From positions 2,580,001 to 2,612,000 of the forward strand of contig CP091279.1 of the NCBI GenBank assembly GCA_021650915.1: 32,000 nt of DNA, in the 5' to 3' direction. The notes below the pieces were generated by a model. That model worked only from the letters and a program-made list of their open reading frames with translations. It did not search any database and was not told the origin of the DNA. The position numbers and the translations under genes are program-made. This document shows positions 16,507 to 23,876 of this stretch, piece after piece; within the stretch, counting starts at the first letter, position 1, and each line of letters opens with the position of its first letter. Origin of the DNA: Candidatus Brocadia sp. (GTDB lineage Bacteria > Planctomycetota > Brocadiia > Brocadiales > Brocadiaceae).

Positions 16507-17532
16507 CTATGTTAGTAGATCGAATTTTTTCCAGCGATGAATAACGGGGGCTTCATTAATTTCAGATATTCCTTTTAATATTCTATTTCGCAATTCGACA
16601 ACAGAATCAACCCTAATGTGCTTTAAGAAGGTTCGGGCCATTTTACCAAATAGTGTTTCCACCAGATTAAGCCAGGAGCCGTGCTTTGGAGTATGAACAT
16701 AAACGAATCTATTTGGCCGGCTTGATAGATATCGCAAGGTCTCTTTTGAAATATGCGCAGAATGATTGTCTAAAACAATTCGTATCGTATATGCTGATGG
16801 ATAAAAGGCATCCAGTTCTTTTAAAAGCTCGATAAATTCTTTGCTTCTGTGACGTTCATGAACCTGGGCTATTACATGCCCTGTATGCAAATCTAAAGCG
16901 GCTAATATGCTCACGGTTCCCAAGCGTTTATATTCATAATCTCGGAGAACCTGAGGACATTTACCTGCTATAGGTTTTAAGTCTGGTGCAATATTTTTTA
17001 TTGCCTGAACACCGGGCTTTTCATCTACGGAAACGGTAATCGTTCGATTGCCAGAAATTTTTTCTGAAGCATCTTGTTTGTTTTGCAGGTTAACCTCTTG
17101 GTAAACCATAAGGACGTCTTCCATTTTACGCTTAAATTCTGGATCCCGTTTCTCTAAATAATAGCGTATCTTATGTGGTTGTACGGGATGTTCTTTTAAT
17201 ATTCTATGAATCGTGGCTTTTGAGGCCTTTGAAAGACACGCATATCCCTCCTGGGGGGCATATTTTCTTGTGTGTTTTGCTAAAAGGCTTTGCGTCCACA
17301 GTTCTGCTGCATATCCATGGTCTTTGGGTTTTGTGCATGCAATATTTACAACCCACATCTTTGCATTCTCGGTAATTGTGGGCTCTTTGGGCCGATGATA
17401 TTTATCTCTTAGCGCTTCTTCCGGGCCTAACGCCAATGCCTTTTCAATGTATTTATAAATGGTTTCCCTGCTTAGCCCTATCGATTTTTGAATTGCTGTT
17501 ATAGATTCTTCTTGATACTTCTTAAGAAGCAC
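16507..17532 (-). CDS. IS630-family (Tc1/mariner-like DDE) transposase, main part; separated from its N-terminal HTH segment by an in-frame TAA
   Basis: VSVDEKPGVQA, ILAALDLHTGHV and VLDNHSAHISKETLRYL...HTPKHGSWLNLVETLFGKM are typical of IS630 DDE transposases. The ORF-track start is a GTG immediately after the TAA at 17533-17535. Confidence 0.85.
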   Translation of the reverse strand: MLLKKYQEESITAIQKSIGLSRETIYKYIEKALALGPEEALRDKYHRPKEPTITENAKMWVVNIACTKPKDHGYAAELWTQSLLAKHTRKYAPQEGYACLSKASKATIHRILKEHPVQPHKIRYYLEKRDPEFKRKMEDVLMVYQEVNLQNKQDASEKISGNRTITVSVDEKPGVQAIKNIAPDLKPIAGKCPQVLRDYEYKRLGTVSILAALDLHTGHVIAQVHERHRSKEFIELLKELDAFYPSAYTIRIVLDNHSAHISKETLRYLSSRPNRFVYVHTPKHGSWLNLVETLFGKMARTFLKHIRVDSVVELRNRILKGISEINEAPVIHRWKKFDLLT

Positions 17533-17535
17533 TTA

Positions 17536-17646
17536 TGCTCTCTTTACTTCCCGAAGAGGAGCAGTGCGAGATCGAGCAGTGTTTTCTAATTTGCATAACT
17601 GTTCCGGACTAAGAGATAATTTTGGCTTTTTACTAATTCCCGACAC
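17536..17646 (-). pseudogene. N-terminal segment of the IS630 transposase (upstream of in-frame TAA)
   Basis: GTG at 17646 follows AAGGAGG and reads MSGISKKPKLSLSPEQLCKLENTARSRTAPLREVKRA then TAA. The same frame continues VLLKKYQEE.... IS630 proteins typically read ..ARSRTAP.REV.RARI.LL.. at this point. Confidence 0.7.
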
Positions 17647-17755
17647 CTTGGCCTCCTTTTTTAAGGCCAATATAAATGCCGGATACTTATTTGTCAAGGT
17701 TTTTACGAAACGTTATAATAGCATGGTTTAAACCTTATGATGAGTTCAAATGTCT

Positions 17756-17780
17756 TGGTTCAATCTGCAAGATTGAACCA
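17756..17780. repeat. perfect hairpin TGGTTCAATCT-GCA-AGATTGAACCA
   Basis: An 11-bp stem with a 3-nt loop, in the noncoding gap between the IS630 end and the STAND gene stop. Confidence 0.7.
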
Positions 17781-17791
17781 GCCGTGGGGTT

Positions 17792-17818
17792 GTAGAGCGA
17801 CGAGGCTCGTCGCTCTAC
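17792..17818. repeat. REP-like palindrome GTAGAGCGACGAGGCTCGTCGCTCTAC
   Basis: A near-perfect 27-nt palindrome with a GTAG...CTAC frame like the other REPs but a different core. Confidence 0.75.
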
Positions 17819-18035
17819 ATTGAGAAGGTCGCCATACTGCCTCAGATGGGGAGGGTGAATTAATCCTGTCCTGAGTTTGCGAAGAGCGAAGCGCATCCAC
17901 CTTGCATTCAAATAATGGCGGTGGATTCGGCGCAAAAGACATTGCCTTAATCGTTCGACTGAGCGCTCACGACGAAGTCCACCCTACCCAAGCTGAGTTG
18001 TTAAAGAATCATCATTCCTTCACTTGGCTACAGAA

Positions 18036-21000
18036 TTACTCCTTCTTCGAAACCTGTGTCTTTGCCCATTCAAGGATCTGGTCGAATTTGCTCTGGCCGG
18101 GCGGAGGCGGGTTGAGTAAGGGGCGGAACTTTTTGTCGTAAACGAAATAATCTCCACCATCGCGGCAGGAAAGAGAAAGGGTTTTTCTGAATTCTAACCC
18201 ATCCCGCTGCACCTGCCAGAAAAAGGTTGCCCCCTGAAAAAATGTGTTAAGGAGTGGGTTCGGTTTGCCTTTATCCAGGAACAACGTGTACAAACTGATA
18301 TCCCACAGACGCACACGATTGTTTTGTGAGCCGGTGGCCAGATACCTCCCGTCCGGACTAAATGTTACGCTGGTGAAAAGAGCAGGCTCGTCTATGTCTA
18401 TAGACACCGTAAGGAATGGCTCAGGAACCCCGGTCGAGATATCCCATACATTCAAATTAAATAGTGAACTGCATGCAAGATATTTGCTGTCAGGACTGAA
18501 TGAAAGACTGGTTCCCGGCCCACATAAACCAGTTGCAGTAATCTTCTGCACGATCTTACCAGAGAAAAAATCCCACAACCGCAGGTCGCCATCAATAGTA
18601 ACAGAGGCGAGGTATTTCTCGTCAAGGCTAAATGCTATGTTTGCAATACGATCGGACAATGCCTCCATTGACGTGTCTCCGGAACGCGAATAACCCTCCA
18701 ACTCCCTTACCTTATTTCTCGTTTCGACCTCCCATATGAAAATCTTATGCGTATCAGTTGAGGCAAGATACTTCCCACTGGGGTGAAAAAAAAGACCTAT
18801 TACGCTATCGGTATGACCAGTCAACTTACGCAGAATCTCTCGGGTGGAGACATTCCATAATAGTATCGTGTCGTCTTTTGCGCCTGATGCAAGATATTTT
18901 CCATTAGGACTGAACGCAACACTCATAACAGTATTTGTATGACCCGTTAATGCACGAGAACCCTCTCCGGACTTCCCCTCCTTGTCCTTATCTTCCCGCG
19001 CGTTATTCCCCAAAAAACGCATGCGGTCATCCCATTCGTTATTATTGTCAGAAGAGCCGTTGACAATGTCTGGCTCCCCACCGGCATTCCCATCGTGGAG
19101 ACCACCGTCATCAGAAAACCCTCCCTGATCCTCACTAGAAGTGTCTCCCTTCAGTTCACACACAAGCTCGCCGGTATCAGCGTCCCACAAACGCACGCTG
19201 TTTTTGTATGCACCCGATGCAAGATATTTCCCATCCGGACTGAACGCTATGCTAATAACAGGATACGTATGTCCTTTTAATTCCTTTACCACCTTCGTAA
19301 AGAGGTTATATAAACGCAAAGTGCCATCAACAGTGCCATAGGCAAGACACTCACCTTTGGGGTGATATGCAACACTATAAACCTGAAAATCTGCTCCATC
19401 GAAATCTTTTACTTCCTTTCCCGCAGGTACATCCCACAAACGTATTGTGTTGTTGTACGAACCTGAGGCGAGAAACTTTCCATCAGGGCTGAATGCGACA
19501 CTCCAGACTTCATCTTCATGTCCTTCCAAATTCTTTATTACCTCTCCTGTGTGGAAATCCCATAACCGCACACTATTATCAGCTGAGCCGGCCGCAAGGT
19601 GCTTCTCATCGGGACTAAACGCTACGCTCGTAACCCTATCGGTATGTCCCGGGAGTTCCCGCACCAGCACACCGGTGGCCGCATCCCACAGCCGCACACC
19701 ATTGTTCCACGAGCCGGAGGCCAGGTATCTCCCATCGAGACTAAACGCCACACTCGTAACCCCATATGTATGTCCCGGGAGTTCCCGCACCAGCACACCG
19801 GTGGCCGCATCCCACAATTGCACACCCGTATCGTATGATCCAGAGGCAAGGTACTTGCCATCAGGGCTAAATGCCACACTTCTTACGTCGCTGGTATGCC
19901 CTGCGAACTTTAGTAATTTTTTTCCTTTTGCAACATCCCACAACCGAACACTCTCATCATCCGAACCCGATGCAAGATATTTCCCATCAGGGCTAAATGC
20001 CACGCTTACAACAGCATCAGTATGTCCTTCCATTTCATAAACCAACTTCTTTTTTGAGAGATCCCACAACCGCACGATTTTATCGTTTCCACCGAAAGCA
20101 AGGTATTTCCCGTCAAGGCTGAATGCCACACTCTCGACGGATACTCCATGCCCGCTCCATAGCACCTCTTCTTCACCGTCAGAGATGTTCCGTACACATA
20201 CGATACCCTGTTTTGAGCCGGTGGCAAGGCTCTTGCCATCGGGACTATAAGCTAAGGAAAGAATGGCATCCTCCTGCCCTTTTGGTTCATGCACCTCTTT
20301 TACGTTAAATCTCTCAATAGGAACGTCCCATAAACTCACACTGCAATCAGCCGATCCTGTAGCAAGGTACTTCCCATCAGGGCTGAATGCGACGCTCCTA
20401 ACCTTATCGGTATGCCATCCTGACAGTATGGCAACCTCTTTTTTGATAGAAACATCCCATATCCTTGCGCTTTTATCATATGACCCGGATGCAAGGTATC
20501 CGCCATCGGGACTAAATGCGACGCTACTAACATAATCGGTATGTCCTTCCCACTTATGCTCTTCTTTTCCGGTGGCAACCTTCCACAACCGCACACTCTT
20601 GTCTTGGGAACCGGATGCAAGGTATTTGCCATCAGGACTGAATGCAACACTCCAGACGGCATATTCATGCCCTGACAGTTTCTTTGTCTCCCCTGTCTTG
20701 ACATTCCACAACCGCACACTATCATCGGATAAACCGAGGGCAAGCGTCCCCCCGTTAGGACTGAACGCTATACACTGGACGCTCCCATCGAGCTCATTTA
20801 GGCTATTCTTTTTATTTCCCGTCCTGACATTCCACAACTGTACACTGCTATCGTATGATCCAGAGGCAAGGTACTTGCCATCAGGACTAAATGCTACACT
20901 TATAACAGTATCCGTATGACCTTTGATGACCCTCTTTACTTTTCCCGTGGCAATCTCCCATAATCGAACGCTCTTGTCAACTGAGCCTGAGGCAAGATAC

Positions 21001-23876
21001 TTCCCATCAGGACTAAATGCCACGCTTTCAACAGCATCAGTATGTCCTTCCAGAATAAGCACCTCCTCCCCCGTGGCAACCTCCCACAATCGCACACTCT
21101 TGTCATCTGCAGATGATGCAAGGTATTGCCCATCCCAGCTAAATGCGACACAATTGACAACATCTTCATGCCCTGTCTTATACAAAGATTTTCCTGTGGA
21201 GACATCCCAGAGACCCACGCTGTAATGGTACGAACCCGTGGCAAGCATCTTGCCGTCCGGATGAAACGCTATGCTCATAACGTTATCTGTATGCTGCAAT
21301 ACCTTCACCGTTTTGCCGGTAGATATATCCCACAAACGTACAATCTCATCACCTGAACCTGAGGCAAGATACTTCCCATCGGGACTAAATGCCACGCTTG
21401 TAACAGCATCAGTATGACCTTCCAGTTTTCTGTTTTTTCTTGTTTCAATATCCCACAATAGCACACTCTTGTCCACTGAACCTGAAGCAAGATACTTTCC
21501 GTCCGGGCTGAATGCGACACTCCAGACTTTATCTTCATGTACTTCAAATGTATCTTTTTTCATTCCTGTAGCGAAATCCCATAAAATTACACTCTTGTCA
21601 AATGAAGCTGAAGCAAGGTACTTCCCATCCGGATCAAACGCGAGGCCTGGAACAAGATTTTCATGTCCCTTCATCGTACGTACCTGTTTCAAGGAAGGGA
21701 CCTCCAGCACTTCAATATTAAAACCCGAGGGAAAGGCAAGATATTTGCCATCCGGGCTAATGGCTATTCTCCCGATCATGGGCACTTTTGGGGATACACC
21801 TTTTCTGTGCAGTAGCTTTCCGGTAGAGGGATCCATTATCAGCAAGGTTCCATCCTCTGAACAGGAAACAAGATGTTTTCCATCGGGAGTAAACGCTATA
21901 TCCCAAACAGTGCGTTTGTGTTCCTTCCATACATATATCGGGTCTCCGGTAGACACATCCCACAAGCGGATGACGCCATCATGTGAACCGGAAGCCAACC
22001 ACTTTTTATTTCTGCTAAACGCCACACAGCATACAGGAGAATCCATGTTCATTGTCGGTGAATGCCAGCGTTGAGTAAACGCCGATCTCATGACCTTTGG
22101 ATCAAACAGTTCTCCTAAAGTTTTCTTTCCTATGGCAATTGGCCATGGCTCAAGAGTTTCCTGTAACGCGGTATTTGCGAAGAGAAAGGCGTTCTTATAC
22201 CCTTCATAGTTATTTTTATTTTTCGCTGTTTCCAACGCTCCAATTGCTTTTTCTTCCAGCGTTTTAACAATTACTTTAGTTGCCTCATATCGTGCTTTTT
22301 TTTCTTCATCTTCAAGCCGTTTTATCTTAAAGGAAATAATAATAGCGATAACAAGAAGAATCCCTATCACTCCCAGTAAAATACGCATAATTTTTAGGTG
22401 CTTCTTTTGCTGTTTGGCTTTTTCTCTCTGCAAGCGTTCCCGTTCTTCCCGTTGTCTTTCTTTCTCCTGGAGTTCTTGTTTAAATGCCTCATGACTCTTG
22501 TTGAGGAAATCAATGGCATCCGGAAAACCCCTGGTGTCTCTTATACCCCATAGTCTCGTTGAATATTTTTGCCCTTGCCAGTCCAGGGCAATCTGTAAAT
22601 CGGTTTCGCGATAGAGCTCCGCCTTACCCCGTGTATTCAATTTAGCAGTTTCTGCAAGCCGCTTATAGATCCTGGCGGATTCTGCCTCTTCGTCAACCCA
22701 TCTGGATAAGGTCTCCCATTGCCGGATAAGGCTTTCATGGGAAATATCAATAATGGGATCGGTATCAGATGAAACTACGAGGAAGTTGCGGTCGTTTTCC
22801 CGGAATTTTTCTATTGTCATCATGACCCTTTCAGGGGCCGCGCCGCATATTTCAGCAATCTCGTTCAAATTCGTTGGCCGGCGTACACGACGATTTCCGG
22901 CATCGGTCTCCGTAATCGTTTTAAACAGATATTCGGCTATTACCCTGTCTTCATCATTTAATTCACGCAACGCCTCTTCCGCATGACGGGAGAGGGCGTG
23001 TTCCATCGTGTGGATTTCTTCGTAGTGCCGGATGTCGATGGGGCCATTGCCATTTTTTCCCCAGGCCGACCAGGTACGCATGAGGACATGCTGCAAAACC
23101 GGTAATTCATCATGGCTATCGCTGCTCTCATTCAGCAGGCGGTCAGACAGGCGCGGTGTAATGTATGCACCATAGAGGTGAATGGGGCCTTCAATGGCTT
23201 CGCGGCGCTGCTGGCGGGTCAGGCGCGGCACCAGGTACTGGCCTTTATTCATAGCTTCCGGCAGGCCGTGGAAGGAATCACAGTCGCCGAGAAAATCTGA
23301 ACGCATGGTCATGGTTACGTACACCGGTATCTCTCTCTGCTCAGCGAGACCAAGCATAATGGATACAAAATCTGCTACGTTATCGCTCATTTCAGCCTTG
23401 CCATGGTGCAGACCAAAACGAAATATCTCTTCGAATTGATCCACCAGTAATAAGACATTGGTATCATCTTTTTTTAAAGAGGATGCAAGTCTGTCGATGA
23501 CAGCCTGCACGCCCTGCTCACGAATCATCCTGGTAAACTCTGTAATCTGTTCGCTAATTTCTTTTTTACCTTTGGCATCGAGCAATGATGCTGCCAGGTT
23601 ATGGATCGGGTTATCTCCGGGCTTCGTCCTGACAATGAGCCAATCGTCACGGTCTGCCACAAGAAACCCCACCTGTAATCGGGGAATTAAACCGGCGCGG
23701 ACAAGGGAAGATTTACCACAGCCGGAACTGCCAACAACCGCCAGGAAACGGTTCTTACGGAGCTGCTGTAAAAGCTCAAGGATTTGTTCATGCCGGCCAA
23801 AGAAGAGCAGGCTTTCATGCGCCTCAAAAGGTCTCAGCCCGACAAACGGATTTGCTGGCAAGGCATTCCGGCTCAT
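18036..23876 (-). CDS. STAND P-loop NTPase (NACHT/nSTAND-like) - single TM helix - 28x WD40 repeat protein
   Basis: N-terminus PFVGLRPFEAHESLLFFGRHEQ..FLAVVGSSGCGKSSLVRAGLIPRL (Walker A at about 23703-23729). Walker B is LLLVDQFEEIF. A helical region follows (HESLIRQWETLSRWV). A charged coiled-coil flanks the hydrophobic MRILLGVIGILLVIAIIISF (22326-22388). I counted 28 units of the type GH...V.SVAFSPDGKYLASGS.D.SVRLWD across about 18240-22080. Confidence 0.9.
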   Translation of the reverse strand: MSRNALPANPFVGLRPFEAHESLLFFGRHEQILELLQQLRKNRFLAVVGSSGCGKSSLVRAGLIPRLQVGFLVADRDDWLIVRTKPGDNPIHNLAASLLDAKGKKEISEQITEFTRMIREQGVQAVIDRLASSLKKDDTNVLLLVDQFEEIFRFGLHHGKAEMSDNVADFVSIMLGLAEQREIPVYVTMTMRSDFLGDCDSFHGLPEAMNKGQYLVPRLTRQQRREAIEGPIHLYGAYITPRLSDRLLNESSDSHDELPVLQHVLMRTWSAWGKNGNGPIDIRHYEEIHTMEHALSRHAEEALRELNDEDRVIAEYLFKTITETDAGNRRVRRPTNLNEIAEICGAAPERVMMTIEKFRENDRNFLVVSSDTDPIIDISHESLIRQWETLSRWVDEEAESARIYKRLAETAKLNTRGKAELYRETDLQIALDWQGQKYSTRLWGIRDTRGFPDAIDFLNKSHEAFKQELQEKERQREERERLQREKAKQQKKHLKIMRILLGVIGILLVIAIIISFKIKRLEDEEKKARYEATKVIVKTLEEKAIGALETAKNKNNYEGYKNAFLFANTALQETLEPWPIAIGKKTLGELFDPKVMRSAFTQRWHSPTMNMDSPVCCVAFSRNKKWLASGSHDGVIRLWDVSTGDPIYVWKEHKRTVWDIAFTPDGKHLVSCSEDGTLLIMDPSTGKLLHRKGVSPKVPMIGRIAISPDGKYLAFPSGFNIEVLEVPSLKQVRTMKGHENLVPGLAFDPDGKYLASASFDKSVILWDFATGMKKDTFEVHEDKVWSVAFSPDGKYLASGSVDKSVLLWDIETRKNRKLEGHTDAVTSVAFSPDGKYLASGSGDEIVRLWDISTGKTVKVLQHTDNVMSIAFHPDGKMLATGSYHYSVGLWDVSTGKSLYKTGHEDVVNCVAFSWDGQYLASSADDKSVRLWEVATGEEVLILEGHTDAVESVAFSPDGKYLASGSVDKSVRLWEIATGKVKRVIKGHTDTVISVAFSPDGKYLASGSYDSSVQLWNVRTGNKKNSLNELDGSVQCIAFSPNGGTLALGLSDDSVRLWNVKTGETKKLSGHEYAVWSVAFSPDGKYLASGSQDKSVRLWKVATGKEEHKWEGHTDYVSSVAFSPDGGYLASGSYDKSARIWDVSIKKEVAILSGWHTDKVRSVAFSPDGKYLATGSADCSVSLWDVPIERFNVKEVHEPKGQEDAILSLAYSPDGKSLATGSKQGIVCVRNISDGEEEVLWSGHGVSVESVAFSLDGKYLAFGGNDKIVRLWDLSKKKLVYEMEGHTDAVVSVAFSPDGKYLASGSDDESVRLWDVAKGKKLLKFAGHTSDVRSVAFSPDGKYLASGSYDTGVQLWDAATGVLVRELPGHTYGVTSVAFSLDGRYLASGSWNNGVRLWDAATGVLVRELPGHTDRVTSVAFSPDEKHLAAGSADNSVRLWDFHTGEVIKNLEGHEDEVWSVAFSPDGKFLASGSYNNTIRLWDVPAGKEVKDFDGADFQVYSVAYHPKGECLAYGTVDGTLRLYNLFTKVVKELKGHTYPVISIAFSPDGKYLASGAYKNSVRLWDADTGELVCELKGDTSSEDQGGFSDDGGLHDGNAGGEPDIVNGSSDNNNEWDDRMRFLGNNAREDKDKEGKSGEGSRALTGHTNTVMSVAFSPNGKYLASGAKDDTILLWNVSTREILRKLTGHTDSVIGLFFHPSGKYLASTDTHKIFIWEVETRNKVRELEGYSRSGDTSMEALSDRIANIAFSLDEKYLASVTIDGDLRLWDFFSGKIVQKITATGLCGPGTSLSFSPDSKYLACSSLFNLNVWDISTGVPEPFLTVSIDIDEPALFTSVTFSPDGRYLATGSQNNRVRLWDISLYTLFLDKGKPNPLLNTFFQGATFFWQVQRDGLEFRKTLSLSCRDGGDYFVYDKKFRPLLNPPPPGQSKFDQILEWAKTQVSKKE

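Larger units (their letters stand above)
16477..17717 (-). mobile_element. IS630-family insertion sequence (about 1.24 kb)
   Basis: The ~30-bp terminal inverted repeats are TATAACGTTTCACAAAAACATTGACAAATA (16477-16506) and the reverse complement of 17688-17717, TATAACGTTTCGTAAAAACCTTGACAAATA. These match at 27 of 30 positions. TA at both tips is consistent with IS630 TA target duplication. Confidence 0.8.

Noticed and set aside
18244-22074. A series of plus-strand ORFs (149, 197, 115, 100 and 201 aa, among others) with a recurring ARYFPSGLNATL motif
   Set aside because: They are antisense read-throughs of the WD40 repeats on the minus strand. Their repetitiveness mirrors the real gene, and none has an independent start context.
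18240-22080. Regular ~126-bp periodicity that could be mistaken for a CRISPR or other tandem array
   Set aside because: The period equals one 42-aa WD40 unit inside a continuous 1946-codon ORF. There are no short exact direct repeats separated by unique spacers.
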